A DNA stretch of 64,000 nucleotides from Marispirochaeta sp. (lineage in GTDB: Bacteria; Spirochaetota; Spirochaetia; JC444; Marispirochaetaceae): the NCBI GenBank assembly GCA_963676835.2, contig CAXXFF010000003.1:320001-384000 (forward strand), written 5' to 3'. Under the pieces are notes generated by a model. The model saw only the letters and a program-made list of their open reading frames with translations, searched no databases and was not told the origin of the DNA. Below are positions 11,722 to 21,918 of this stretch, one piece after another (positions within the stretch are counted from its first letter, which is position 1; every line of letters starts with the position of its first letter). Position numbers and translations under genes: made by a program.

Positions 11722-11825
11722 GAAGGTGTGCAAGGATCATTTTTTCTGGTATGATCCACTGGTTTTTGCAGCAAAATCACGTGTGAAGCACACCCCAAAA
11801 CTATCCTGTAATTCAAGGCGGCCTG

Positions 11826-12299
11826 ATGAATCCCATACTGTTTACCATTATTCTAGCCATGCTTCCCATCTCTGAACTACGCGGTGCAATACCCTTCGCT
11901 TTATCCCAGGGTTATTCCATTCTTTATGTGTATCCGCTTTGTGTTATTCTAAACGGACTTGTTGCTCCTTTGGTGTTTATATTTCTCAGTACTGTTCACG
12001 TCTGGATGAACCGCTTTACCTGGTACCATAAACTGGTTAACCCTTTTATTGAACGCGCCCGCCACAAGGTATCAGCCCAGGTGGAAAAGTACGGGTACCT
12101 TGGCATTATGCTTTTTGTAGCAATACCGCTGCCGGTTACCGGAGCTTACACAGGAACCCTTGGCGCCTGGATTCTCGGGCTCAGCCGCCGCCGCACCATA
12201 ATTGCAGTATTCGCAGGTGTTATTATTTCCGGGCTAATTGTCAGCCTGGTTAGTATACTTGGCCTGGAAGCATTCAGCTTTTTTACCAAAAGCGTATAA
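11826..12299 (+). CDS. Putative small multidrug export protein (COG2426-like)
   Basis: AMLPISELRGAIP and FVAIPLPVTGAYTG motifs; about four TM segments. Confidence 0.8.
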   Translation: MNPILFTIILAMLPISELRGAIPFALSQGYSILYVYPLCVILNGLVAPLVFIFLSTVHVWMNRFTWYHKLVNPFIERARHKVSAQVEKYGYLGIMLFVAIPLPVTGAYTGTLGAWILGLSRRRTIIAVFAGVIISGLIVSLVSILGLEAFSFFTKSV

Positions 12300-12316
12300 C
12301 CCGATCAGGATATACA

Positions 12317-14320
12317 ATGGATTTTACTTCCGGTCTTAATGATCGCCAGAGACAGGCGGTTGAAACAATAGACGGCCCGGTGCTGATCATAGCAGGTGCT
12401 GGTTCCGGTAAAACCAGAGTTATTACACACCGAATTGCTCACATGCTGACCAAAGGCATACCGCAATCTTCCATACTGGCCCTCACCTTTACCAACAAAG
12501 CTGCCCGGGAAATGTCTGAGCGGGTTCGGGAACTTACCGGGAAAAAACTGTCTAATCTTACGGTATCTACTTTTCATGCCTTTGGAGTCCAGATACTTCG
12601 GAAAACCATTAAACATCTGGACGGTTACCGCGACAACTTCAGCATCTATGATCAGGTGGATAAAAATGCTCTTATAAAGGAGTGTGCCAGGGAACAGGGA
12701 ATGGCACCGGATAACCTTGATCTCTTTGAAATAGGCAACATTTTCTCTTCGGTAAAAACCTTCCGCCATAAATGGGATAACGAAACCCGTATTTACCGTA
12801 AACTCTTTGATGAATATCAGGAACATCTTCAGCTTTATAATGCGGTAGACTTTGATGACCTGATTGTACAACCGATACATATCTTCCAGGATAATCCTGA
12901 TATACTTGAGGCTTACAGAGACCGTTACCGATACATCATGGTTGATGAGTTTCAGGATACCTCCATGGCACAGTACCGCATGGTTAAGATTCTTGCTGAA
13001 ACCAACAGGAATATCTGCGTTGTCGGCGACGATGATCAATCTATCTACTCCTGGCGGGGCGCCAATTACGAAAATATAATCAACTTTGAAAAAGATTTTT
13101 CCGAACTTAACGAAATCAAGCTTGAGCAAAACTACCGCTCAACCCAGAATATTCTGGCAGCGGCAAACGGACTTATTGCCCATAATACAAACCGTAAGGA
13201 AAAAGAGCTCTGGACCGGTACCGGTGACGGAAAAGCAATCGAAATCTATTATCCGGAAAACGAACAACGGGAATCTGATTTCATTACCACCATGATCCGT
13301 ATGCTTAAAAGCCGTAATGAGATTGAATACCACGATGTCGGTGTTTTGATCAGAACCAACTCTTTATCTGCATCACTGGAAGATGCATTCTTGAATGAGA
13401 ACATTCCCTATAAAATTTCCGGAGGGACAAGCTTCTTTCAGCGGAAGGAGATAAAAGACATTATTTCCTATCTGCGTATAATGGCCAACCCGGACGATGA
13501 TCTTAACCTGCTCAGAATAATCAACACCCCCAGGAGAGGCATCGGAAAGCGTACCCTTCAACGTATTCAGGAAACCGCGGAACATAAGCACTGCAGTATC
13601 TACAGCGCCATTTCAGCTCTCAGATATGCTTCAGATGCCGGTCTCAGCGAAAAGGCCCAGGCCGACCTGTCAGATTTTCTTAATCTTATAGACTATTACC
13701 GGGATCAGATTTTTTCAGGGAAAAGCCTCAGCCAGTCTGTTACCAATCTGGTAGACGCTGTGCAGTACTGGCCCTATCTTGTGGGAGAACATCAGAAAAG
13801 TGAGAAAACTGCCCGCTGGAAGTATGGAAATATCTGCAGATTCATTGAGATGATAGCCCAGTGGGAAGAAAACCAGAAAGCCGAAGGCCGGTCCGCTTCT
13901 GTATACAACTACCTGAACCGTATTACCCTTATTACCCGGGACGATGACCAGGATGATACCGACGGCAAGGTTAATATAATGACCATCCATGCAGCCAAGG
14001 GCCTTGAGTTCCAGCTGGTATTTCTGGCCGGCGTCGAGGCCCATCTTATTCCCCATGCAAGGTCGGTCGAAGAAAATCCCGCAAATCTCGAAGAAGAACG
14101 GCGCCTTTTTTACGTAGCCATTACCAGAGCCCGGGAGAAACTCTATATAACATCCTGCCGCATGAGAAAACAGATGCGGGATGTGCTAGTGTGTGAGCCC
14201 TCTCCATTTCTGAAAGAAATTCCCGAAGGGCTTATAGAGAACCATGTAGGCGAAGAAGAGCTGTCCACCGAAGACGCGGTGGAAGCCCTTTCCGCCCTTA
14301 GAGCAAAGTTCAATAAATAA
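12317..14320 (+). CDS. UvrD/Rep/PcrA family SF1 DNA helicase
   Basis: AGAGSGKT, TFTNKAA, VDEFQDT, VGDDDQSIY, QNYRS, TIHAAKGLEF and EERRLFYVAITRA. Confidence 0.95.
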   Translation: MDFTSGLNDRQRQAVETIDGPVLIIAGAGSGKTRVITHRIAHMLTKGIPQSSILALTFTNKAAREMSERVRELTGKKLSNLTVSTFHAFGVQILRKTIKHLDGYRDNFSIYDQVDKNALIKECAREQGMAPDNLDLFEIGNIFSSVKTFRHKWDNETRIYRKLFDEYQEHLQLYNAVDFDDLIVQPIHIFQDNPDILEAYRDRYRYIMVDEFQDTSMAQYRMVKILAETNRNICVVGDDDQSIYSWRGANYENIINFEKDFSELNEIKLEQNYRSTQNILAAANGLIAHNTNRKEKELWTGTGDGKAIEIYYPENEQRESDFITTMIRMLKSRNEIEYHDVGVLIRTNSLSASLEDAFLNENIPYKISGGTSFFQRKEIKDIISYLRIMANPDDDLNLLRIINTPRRGIGKRTLQRIQETAEHKHCSIYSAISALRYASDAGLSEKAQADLSDFLNLIDYYRDQIFSGKSLSQSVTNLVDAVQYWPYLVGEHQKSEKTARWKYGNICRFIEMIAQWEENQKAEGRSASVYNYLNRITLITRDDDQDDTDGKVNIMTIHAAKGLEFQLVFLAGVEAHLIPHARSVEENPANLEEERRLFYVAITRAREKLYITSCRMRKQMRDVLVCEPSPFLKEIPEGLIENHVGEEELSTEDAVEALSALRAKFNK

Positions 14321-14353
14321 CAAGCATCTTTACGACATTAACGTGTATGAATG

Positions 14354-14386
14354 TAAAAAAAACCGGCCTTTAAAAGCCGGTTTTTA
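14354..14386. terminator. Bidirectional intrinsic terminator
   Basis: AAAAAAAACCGGC-cttt aaaa-GCCGGTTTTT between convergent genes. Confidence 0.8.
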
Positions 14387-14405
14387 CCATTCCATAATCT
14401 GCTGA

Positions 14406-15389
14406 TCAGGAATTCACAACATTTATCGGGCTGCCTTTCTGAAAAGCCGCAACATTATCGACAGCAATATCCATCAGGCGGGCGCGGGCTTCTCCGGTGG
14501 CCCAGGAAATATGGGGTGTAATCCAGCAATTCTTTGCTTTAAGCAAAGGATTGTCTGCCTTGATAGGCTCCGTAGAGACCACATCGAGACTTGCACCGGC
14601 TATTGTTCCATTATTAAGAGCTTCAGCCAGATCTTTTTCAACAATAAGAGGCCCTCTGGAAGTATTAACTATAAGGGCGCTTTTTTTCATCTTCTTGAGA
14701 TTCTCGGCATTGACAATCCCCTCCGTTTCCCGGAAAAGAGGACAATGGAGTGAAATAATATCAGACTCTTTAAAAAGCCGATCAAGATCAACCCATTCAA
14801 AGTTTTCCCGCCCGGACTGATCACTGGGAAACGCATCGTAAGCTATTACTTTGCAGCCGAAGCCTGCAATCATGTCAGCAAATCGCTGTCCGATCCGCCC
14901 GAAGCCGATAACTCCAACGGTTTTTCCTTCAAGCTCAATCAGGGGAAAATCCCAGAAACAGAAATCAGGCTGTGCAGTCCAGCGTCCTTCGGCAACAGCA
15001 ACGGCATGCTCCCTCACCCGCTGGGTAAAATTGAGAATATGAGACACTGCCATCTGCGCGACAGAAGAAGTGCCGTATGTAGGAATGTTGGTAACCGGAA
15101 TACCCAGTTCCTTTGCCGCTTCCACATCAACAACGTTATAACCAGTGGCAAGAACTCCGATATATTTCAGATCGCCTTTAAGAGCATTAAGGGTTTCTGC
15201 AGACAGAGGAGTCTTATTGGTGAGAATAATCTCAGCACCTTTTGATCTGCTGAGAATGTCTGCAGCTTCTGTTCGGTCATACAAAATGACTTCGCCGAGG
15301 GCTTTTAAACCATCCCAGGTTAAATCACCTGGATTCAGGGTAAATCCGTCAAGTACTACAATCTTCATGCTTATGTCCTTATCGTTCAA
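14406..15389 (-). CDS. D-2-hydroxyacid dehydrogenase (glycerate dehydrogenase/hydroxypyruvate reductase-like)
   Basis: KIVVLDGFTLNPGD, LATGYNVVD, GFGRIG, SLHCPL, NTSRG, DVVSTEP and TPHISW. Confidence 0.88.
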   Translation of the reverse strand: MNDKDISMKIVVLDGFTLNPGDLTWDGLKALGEVILYDRTEAADILSRSKGAEIILTNKTPLSAETLNALKGDLKYIGVLATGYNVVDVEAAKELGIPVTNIPTYGTSSVAQMAVSHILNFTQRVREHAVAVAEGRWTAQPDFCFWDFPLIELEGKTVGVIGFGRIGQRFADMIAGFGCKVIAYDAFPSDQSGRENFEWVDLDRLFKESDIISLHCPLFRETEGIVNAENLKKMKKSALIVNTSRGPLIVEKDLAEALNNGTIAGASLDVVSTEPIKADNPLLKAKNCWITPHISWATGEARARLMDIAVDNVAAFQKGSPINVVNS

Positions 15390-15424
15390 TATTTATCTAT
15401 ATTATATCCAATATGGCTATTAGA

Positions 15425-16708
15425 TCAATATCCCAGAACGATCCTGGGCAGCCACATTACAGTTGCCGGGAAATAGGTAATAATAAGCAGAACGCCAATC
15501 AGAGGTATAAGAAAAGGCATAATCTCTTTATACAGCTTCTCCAGCGGTACATTGGCTATCTTGCTTGAAACAAACAGAGACATTCCCACAGGCGGAGTAG
15601 AAAGTCCTATCATAAGGTTAAGAACAATGACAACGCCAAGATGTACCGGGTTAATACCAATTGCGTTTACCAGTGGCATCAGAAACGGAACGGTAATAAG
15701 CAGGATTGAAAGACTTTCCATAAACATGCCTAGAATTAGGAATACAATGTTCAGAAGAAGCAGTATCAGGTACTTATTGGTGGTTATTGAGAGAAGCCAG
15801 TCGGTAACTGCCTGAGGAATACCTTCCATGGCTATAACCCATGCAAAGGCGGTTGCTGCGGAGATAATAAAAATTACCGTGGCCGAGGTGACAACCGTAT
15901 CAATGAGGATTTTTTTCAAATCGTTAAAACTGATTTCCCTGTAGACAACAACGCCCAGAATGAATGAATAGACCGCTGCCACTACAGCAGCCTCAGTGGG
16001 TGTAAATATTCCACCGAGAATACCACCGATGATTATTACCGGGGTAAGCAGGCTGAGGAATGATTCCTTGAAGGAAACAGCAACCTCTTTGATGCTGAAC
16101 TTTTCACTTCTGGGATATTTTCTCTTCAGAGAAAAAACAAGCACAATAGCCATGGAGGCGAGTCCAAGAAGAAGACCCGGAATGAATCCGCCAAGGAAGA
16201 GAGCTCCAACAGAGACCTCTGCTGCTGCGCCATAGACAATCATGGGAATACTTGGGGGAATAATCGGTCCTATGGTGGCAGATGCTGTAGTTACTGCGGC
16301 ACTGAACTCGGCATCATAACCTTCAGCGGTCATGGCCTGCATTTCCACCTGCCCAAGACCGCCTGCATCCGCAACAGCGGAACCGGACATCCCGGAAAAG
16401 ATAATACTGGCAACAATGTTTGCATGACCCAGTCCGCCGGGAATCCTTCCCACCAGCGCAGTTGCAAAACGGAAAATTTTCCGGGTTATTCCGCCGGTAT
16501 TCATTAACTGGCCAGCCAGAATAAAGAATGGGATAGCCATAAGAATATATGAATCAACCCCGGATGCCATTCTATGAACAATAGAAAGAATGGAATATTG
16601 GCCGGTAATCAGAATAGCCACAATAGTGCTCATTCCCAGAGAGATGGCAATCGGCACACCAATGGACATAAGAATGGCAAAAACAATAAAAAGAACAAAT
16701 CCCATCAT
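15425..16708 (-). CDS. dctM: TRAP transporter large permease
   Basis: GMSGSAVAD, GPIIPPSIP and GLSTPPVG; very hydrophobic. Confidence 0.92.
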   Translation of the reverse strand: MMGFVLFIVFAILMSIGVPIAISLGMSTIVAILITGQYSILSIVHRMASGVDSYILMAIPFFILAGQLMNTGGITRKIFRFATALVGRIPGGLGHANIVASIIFSGMSGSAVADAGGLGQVEMQAMTAEGYDAEFSAAVTTASATIGPIIPPSIPMIVYGAAAEVSVGALFLGGFIPGLLLGLASMAIVLVFSLKRKYPRSEKFSIKEVAVSFKESFLSLLTPVIIIGGILGGIFTPTEAAVVAAVYSFILGVVVYREISFNDLKKILIDTVVTSATVIFIISAATAFAWVIAMEGIPQAVTDWLLSITTNKYLILLLLNIVFLILGMFMESLSILLITVPFLMPLVNAIGINPVHLGVVIVLNLMIGLSTPPVGMSLFVSSKIANVPLEKLYKEIMPFLIPLIGVLLIITYFPATVMWLPRIVLGY

Positions 16709-17217
16709 ATTTCTGCTCCGCTTGATAATGAGTCATCACTCGGCTTGCCGCTGAGTCGCTGGAGCAACCCGTCTATCTGGTTGAGAATCATGGGAATAGC
16801 CAGAAAGGGAAAAGCCAGATAAAAGAAGCCAATAGGCACCGGTATGGTGTTATACACCTGGGCCATGGTGTTCTGCACGAGCTTAAAGCCATTGAAAACA
16901 ACAATCAGAAGCAGAATGGTATTTATAAGCTCAATTCCTACTTCAAGGCCGGTACGTACATTTCCTTTTACGGAATTAAGCAGAAATGTGAGTCGGATAT
17001 GCTCAAATCGGGTAAACGCAATATATACGCCGGAGAAAACCATCCAGGCGAACATCAGTACAATAACTTCATACATCCAGATAATAGGACTCTGGAAAAC
17101 ATAACGGAAGATAACACTGGTCATGGTGCAGATTGTAAGCAGTACAATAAGCAAAAAGGCAAAACCTTCAATGACCTGTCTGACCTTCTCGTTAAAAGCA
17201 TGGAACGTGTCAATCAT
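16705..17217 (-). CDS. dctQ: TRAP transporter small permease
   Basis: Four TM segments, VIFRYVF..PIIW.YE and EHIRL; 4-nt overlap with dctM. Confidence 0.85.
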   Translation of the reverse strand: MIDTFHAFNEKVRQVIEGFAFLLIVLLTICTMTSVIFRYVFQSPIIWMYEVIVLMFAWMVFSGVYIAFTRFEHIRLTFLLNSVKGNVRTGLEVGIELINTILLLIVVFNGFKLVQNTMAQVYNTIPVPIGFFYLAFPFLAIPMILNQIDGLLQRLSGKPSDDSLSSGAEI

Positions 17218-17442
17218 GTGTCTCCATCCTTACACAGGTAAATTATATGTATAGATCACGGAAAACTGGAACGAACAGCACTTGTTGCATCAAAATCCTG
17301 ACTCCATTATACCTTCAAGTCCGGAATTCCGCCTCAATTTTCTTTAGCCGTGACCGGTTCCGTTTTCATATGCAATAAAATAATCTTACTAGGATAACGT
17401 GATCCTGAAAGGATCAGTGGGATAATTAAGATAATAACCGGT

Positions 17443-17475
17443 AAAAATCCCGGACGGATTTAATTCCGCCCGGGA
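17443..17475 (-). terminator. Intra-operon stem-loop/terminator after dctP
   Basis: Minus strand reads TCCCGGGCGGA-attaaa-TCCGTCCGGGA-TTTTT, 14 nt after the dctP stop. Confidence 0.7.
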
Positions 17476-17489
17476 ACTGTAACAATGCC

Positions 17490-18494
17490 TTATTTTGCAG
17501 CGTCTCTGATCTTTGCGATCAGGTCTTTACCAAGGGTGGATTCCCATTTGGTATAAACACTGGCAGTTGCAGACTGGAAAGCAGCGAGGTCGGGACGGGT
17601 TACAGTCATGCCTTTAGACTCGAGGTCTGCGAGCAGGTCTGCTTCGTTGCCCTGTACCATTGCACGGTGCTCTTTGGCATACTTGATAGCAGCTTCAGAG
17701 AGTACTTTCTGCTGGTCTGCGGAAAGTTTCTTCCATACAGCTTCGCTGATAATCATAGGGCAGCTTTCATACTTGTGATTGGTAATCGCAATGTATGCCT
17801 GAACTTCATCAAACTTTGCAGCATGGATGTTGGTAATTGGATTTTCCTGCGCATCAAATACACCCTGTGAAAGAGCCATGTAGAGCTCAGAGAATGCCAG
17901 AGGTGCGGGACTTGCGCCGAGAGCCTGGAAAATATCCAGAGTCATCTTATTCTCGGGAGTACGGATCTTCAGTCCGTTCAGGTCGGAAGGACTGTTAACC
18001 GCACGTTTGCTGTTGGTAATCTGGCGAAGACCATTTTCCCAGTATGCAAGTACACGGATGCCCTTTTTAGGCAGGTCTTTCGCAAGATCCATACCGATAG
18101 GACCGTCCAGTACGGGGCCGATCTTCTTTCCGGAACTGAACAGGAAGGGCAGCTCAATTGCTGCGAGTTTAGGCTCATAAGCAGCGACAACACCATGTGC
18201 GTTGATACTCATGTCCAGGGTACCAAGAGAAACCGCTTCTCCCATCTGCCGGTCGGTTCCGAGCATTTCTGCGGGGTACAGGTCAATCTTGATAGTTCCG
18301 TTACTCTTTTCTGCGACTTCGGCTGCAAACTTCTCGGCAACAATATGCCGGGGGTTAGTTGTAGGTGCACCATAGCCCAGTTTAAGGGTGGTAACCTTAG
18401 CTTCAGCTGATCCGCCGTCCTGCTGGCCGTTGGCAAATACCATGCCGCCCATAACTGCAAGAACTAAAAGAACAATAGTTAGTCTCTTTACCAT
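17490..18494 (-). CDS. dctP: TRAP transporter substrate-binding protein (DctP family)
   Basis: Signal peptide; WENGLRQITN, GLKIRTP (conserved carboxylate-binding Arg), ELYMALSQGVFDAQENP. SD GGAGG. Confidence 0.92.
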   Translation of the reverse strand: MVKRLTIVLLVLAVMGGMVFANGQQDGGSAEAKVTTLKLGYGAPTTNPRHIVAEKFAAEVAEKSNGTIKIDLYPAEMLGTDRQMGEAVSLGTLDMSINAHGVVAAYEPKLAAIELPFLFSSGKKIGPVLDGPIGMDLAKDLPKKGIRVLAYWENGLRQITNSKRAVNSPSDLNGLKIRTPENKMTLDIFQALGASPAPLAFSELYMALSQGVFDAQENPITNIHAAKFDEVQAYIAITNHKYESCPMIISEAVWKKLSADQQKVLSEAAIKYAKEHRAMVQGNEADLLADLESKGMTVTRPDLAAFQSATASVYTKWESTLGKDLIAKIRDAAK

Positions 18495-18557
18495 AAAAGC
18501 CTCCTCTTTTCTTACGGTAATAACTTATATAATAGCGAATTCAATTTGAAATCGCCA

Positions 18558-19328
18558 TTAATCCATATGAGATCCGCCGTTTACGTCGATATCTTCTCCG
18601 GTAATATAGGCAGCTCCGTCGGAAGCGAGAAACGCAACGGTTTCTGCTATTTCATCGGGGCTTCCGGGACGTTTCATGGGTATAGTTTCCCATATCGCCC
18701 GCTCCCTCTCATCGGAGAGTCCTTTACGGATATCTGTAGCAATCAGGCCGGGGCAGACACTGTTTATTGTAATGTTATCTTCCACTACTTCCCTGGCGAA
18801 TGCCTTGCTGAAACCGAGGATTCCTGCCTTGGCCGCCGAATAGTGGGAGCCGCCGTAGACACCACCACCTCGTTTTCCGGAAACGGAGCTTATATTTACA
18901 ATACGGCCGTATTTATTCTTCTTCATCACCTTGGCGGCTTCGCGGCTGCAGAGGAATGTTCCGGTAAGGTTGACGGATATAATCCGGTTCCAGTCATCCA
19001 CCGTGGTTTCGAAGGTTGTCACTGGCTGGGTGATACCTGCATTGTTCACCAGAATATCAATCCGGCCGAATACCTCTTCAGCCTTTTCCATCATGGCGAT
19101 AACGCTTGCTTCATCGGTTACGTTGTTTTCTACAGCTATAGCCTTGCAGCCCTTTGCTTCAACCTCTGCGGCAACCTTCCTGGCACCTTCGAGATTCATA
19201 TCCGCAACGACAATATTGGCACCGTATTCTGCCAGTTTAAGTGCTATTGACCGTCCGATTCCACGCTCCGAACCGGAGCCGGTAACAATTGCTATTTTTC
19301 CTTTAAGATTCATAGTGTCTCCTTTCAA
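18558..19328 (-). CDS. Short-chain dehydrogenase/reductase; true start probably the ATG at 19313
   Basis: TGSGSERGIG, NNAG, catalytic YSAAK, CPG and DVNGG. SD AAAGGAG precedes MNLKGK. Confidence 0.9.
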   Translation of the reverse strand: MKGDTMNLKGKIAIVTGSGSERGIGRSIALKLAEYGANIVVADMNLEGARKVAAEVEAKGCKAIAVENNVTDEASVIAMMEKAEEVFGRIDILVNNAGITQPVTTFETTVDDWNRIISVNLTGTFLCSREAAKVMKKNKYGRIVNISSVSGKRGGGVYGGSHYSAAKAGILGFSKAFAREVVEDNITINSVCPGLIATDIRKGLSDERERAIWETIPMKRPGSPDEIAETVAFLASDGAAYITGEDIDVNGGSHMD

Positions 19329-19352
19329 TAGTTGTTTTTCCGGTATGGAAAA

Positions 19353-20300
19353 TCAACTTTTTCTGGCAATAACATCCTTTACTGCCTGGATAATATGAGG
19401 AGTATTCATTCCATACTCAGTATAAAGCTCTTCAGAAGGTCCGCTTTCTCCGAAAAGGTCGGGGACACCAATCCGCTTGAGAAGAGTAGGACACTCTTCG
19501 GAAAGAACTTCCGCAACTGCCCCGCCAAGCCCGCCGATTATATTGTGGTCTTCAACGGTGACAATAGCACCGGTCTCTTTTGCAGCCTTTATAACTGCTT
19601 CAGAATCAAATGGTTTAAGGGTGTGGAATTCCAGGACACGTACATTTATACCTTCCGCCTTTAACTGATCCGCTACGGCAAGGGATTTTTCCACCATAGC
19701 ACCTGTAGCAATAACAGTGGCATCAGTACCATAATCTTTATGCTGAACTGCCTTTCCTATCTGAAAGTCATAGGACTCAAACAGCACGGGAGAAGGATTG
19801 CGCAAAACACGAATATACACAGGTCCATCTACATCCATTACTGCACGTGCAGCTGCTGCAGCGGACATTCCATCGGAGGGCTGAATAATTGTCATGTTGG
19901 GAACTGCCCGCATTATTGCCATGTCTTCAATTGCCTGATGGGTTGCCCCGTCGGGGCCTACCTGCAGTCCGCCATGAGAAGCAATAATCCGTACCGGCAG
20001 CTTTGGATAGCTGATAAAAGTACGTACCTGCTCAAGAGCACGCATGCTTGCAAAAACACTGTAGGTAGCAGCAAAGGCTTTTACTCCGCTGGCTGCAAAT
20101 CCGGCAGCGATACCCATCAGATTCTGCTCTGCAATACCAAAATTATAGGATCGCTCCGGATATGCCTTGTGAAACATGTCCGTTGAACATGATTTTGCAA
20201 TATCTGCATCGAGCATAACAAAATCGTCCCGCTCAGATCCAATTTTAACAAGCTCTTCACCAAAAGCTTTTCTTGTAGCTATTTTATCTCCAATCTTCAT
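19353..20300 (-). CDS. Transketolase, C-terminal subunit (split TK)
   Basis: GIAEQN, GPDGATHQ, GPVYIR, VEDHNIIGGLG and FGESG. Confidence 0.92.
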   Translation of the reverse strand: MKIGDKIATRKAFGEELVKIGSERDDFVMLDADIAKSCSTDMFHKAYPERSYNFGIAEQNLMGIAAGFAASGVKAFAATYSVFASMRALEQVRTFISYPKLPVRIIASHGGLQVGPDGATHQAIEDMAIMRAVPNMTIIQPSDGMSAAAAARAVMDVDGPVYIRVLRNPSPVLFESYDFQIGKAVQHKDYGTDATVIATGAMVEKSLAVADQLKAEGINVRVLEFHTLKPFDSEAVIKAAKETGAIVTVEDHNIIGGLGGAVAEVLSEECPTLLKRIGVPDLFGESGPSEELYTEYGMNTPHIIQAVKDVIARKS

Positions 20301-20320
20301 TTACATACCGCCTGTTAATA

Positions 20321-21148
20321 TCAGTCCGCAAGTTCGGCCATTGCCTGTTTTGTCTGCTCGGCATCCGGAGCAAGTCCATGCCATACACAAACATCTTCCA
20401 TGAATGAGACGCCTTTACCTTTAATAGTCTTGGCAATAATTACGGAAGGTTTGTTATTACTCTTTGCCCATGAAAGAGCCTCGAGAATCTCTTCCATATT
20501 ATGTCCATCAATATTCTTTACATCCCAGCCGAATGCTTCGAATTTGGCATCAATACTGGATGGATCCATAATATCCCTGGTATAACCGTCAACCTGAAGT
20601 CCGTTGTCATCAATGATGGCAACAAGGTTGTTTACTTTATGATGATTTGCAGCCATTGCAGCTTCCCAGATGGTTCCTTCCTGGATTTCACCATCACCAA
20701 GCATAACGAAAACAGAGTAATCCAGCTTTTTCTGTTTTGCCGCAAGCGCCATTCCTATACCGACAGAAAGCCCGGTCCCGAGGGCTCCGGATGTCATATC
20801 AACACCGGGGGTTTTCTTCATATCAGGATGCCCCTGCAGAATTGAGTGCATTCTTCGCAGGGTATCCAGTTCTTTCATGGGATAGTAGCCTTTTTCTGCC
20901 AGTGCAGCGTAAAGAACCGGACAAGTATGTCCTTTGGAAAGAATGAATCGGTCCCGGTCTTCCATTTTCGGATTCTTGGGGTCGACCTTCATGATTTCAA
21001 AATAGAGGGCAGTAACAATATCTGTAGCGGATAAAGATCCGCCCGGGTGGCCCGCATTCGCAGTAGCTATCATATGAATAATATCGCGTCGAACCTGCTT
21101 TGCTGTACTTTCAAGACGTTTGATCGTCTCCGGTGAGTATGAACCCAT
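20321..21148 (-). CDS. Transketolase, N-terminal TPP-binding subunit (split TK)
   Basis: GHPGGSLS, DRFILSKGH, LQGHP, GDGEIQEG..WEA, KGKG and WHG. SD GGAGG precedes the ATG at 21148. Confidence 0.92.
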   Translation of the reverse strand: MGSYSPETIKRLESTAKQVRRDIIHMIATANAGHPGGSLSATDIVTALYFEIMKVDPKNPKMEDRDRFILSKGHTCPVLYAALAEKGYYPMKELDTLRRMHSILQGHPDMKKTPGVDMTSGALGTGLSVGIGMALAAKQKKLDYSVFVMLGDGEIQEGTIWEAAMAANHHKVNNLVAIIDDNGLQVDGYTRDIMDPSSIDAKFEAFGWDVKNIDGHNMEEILEALSWAKSNNKPSVIIAKTIKGKGVSFMEDVCVWHGLAPDAEQTKQAMAELAD

Positions 21149-21193
21149 ATTTCCTCCAAACCTCATCGGTTCTAATAATTGGACAACATGTTT

Positions 21194-21311
21194 TATGTTT
21201 CACTGTATCATCATCATTCATGAAACATATTTAACAATTATGATAGGTCAGGTTTTCCCATTTGTCAAACAAAATATTTCACAATTTTATCATTTTTTAT
21301 GAAACATATTT
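21194..21311. promoter_or_regulatory. Duplicated operator-like inverted repeat TTTCA-N18-TGAAACATATTT
   Basis: Copies at 21198-21232 and 21277-21311 share an 18-nt spacer and an identical 12-mer, upstream of the TK operon. Confidence 0.55.
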
Positions 21312-21414
21312 CGCTGAGATTCGTACACCTTTTTGTAATACAAGAACAGAGCCATTGTATAATTCATATTATTTCTATATAGTTTTTTTAATATACTCAT
21401 AATAAGGAAAAGAA

Positions 21415-21900
21415 ATGGTATCTTTCTTGATCAAACATAAACGGACAATACAGATCAGTGCGGCTATTCTTATTTTCATGTCCCAGCAATACTTCGGATA
21501 TTCCATCTGGTATCTTGTCATTGCAGGATCCGCTCTTGGGATAGTATTTGGAAAGGTTTTCTGTAGATGGGGGTGCCCGATAGGCCTGGTTATGGAAGTA
21601 ATGACCGGAAGTAATCCCGATGCGAAAATGCAGCAGATGTATATGTACCATAAAGTCGGCTGCCCTATCGCCTGGGTTTCCGGGTTGCTTAATAGAATCA
21701 GCTTTTTTAAAATACGGAGAGACATTGACAGCTGTACCTCATGCGGCAAGTGCGATAAAACCTGCTACATATCTACCCTTAATACGGAATACAGCTTATA
21801 TAAAGAAAAAAAGAAACTCCCGGACAGAAGCTACAGCTGTTCAAAATGCCTGGCTTGTGTCGACAGCTGCCCTCAAAATAGTCTAAGCTATAGATTATAG
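21415..21900 (+). CDS. Small membrane 4Fe-4S protein (NapH/MauN-like)
   Basis: FCRWGCP, GCP, CTSCGKCDKTC and CSKCLACVDSCP. Confidence 0.75.
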   Translation: MVSFLIKHKRTIQISAAILIFMSQQYFGYSIWYLVIAGSALGIVFGKVFCRWGCPIGLVMEVMTGSNPDAKMQQMYMYHKVGCPIAWVSGLLNRISFFKIRRDIDSCTSCGKCDKTCYISTLNTEYSLYKEKKKLPDRSYSCSKCLACVDSCPQNSLSYRL

Positions 21901-21918
21901 CTGAACAATTCAGGTTTT

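Noticed and set aside
12305..13129. 274-aa minus-strand ORF
   Set aside because: It is an antisense shadow of the UvrD-type helicase.
17218..17442. Possible small RNA or peptide between dctP and dctQ
   Set aside because: It holds only short hairpins (e.g. TGATCCT-GAA-AGGATCA) and an 11-codon ORF without an SD, which is insufficient support.
18546..19250. 234-aa plus-strand ORF
   Set aside because: It is antisense to the SDR; open antisense frames are common for SDR genes.
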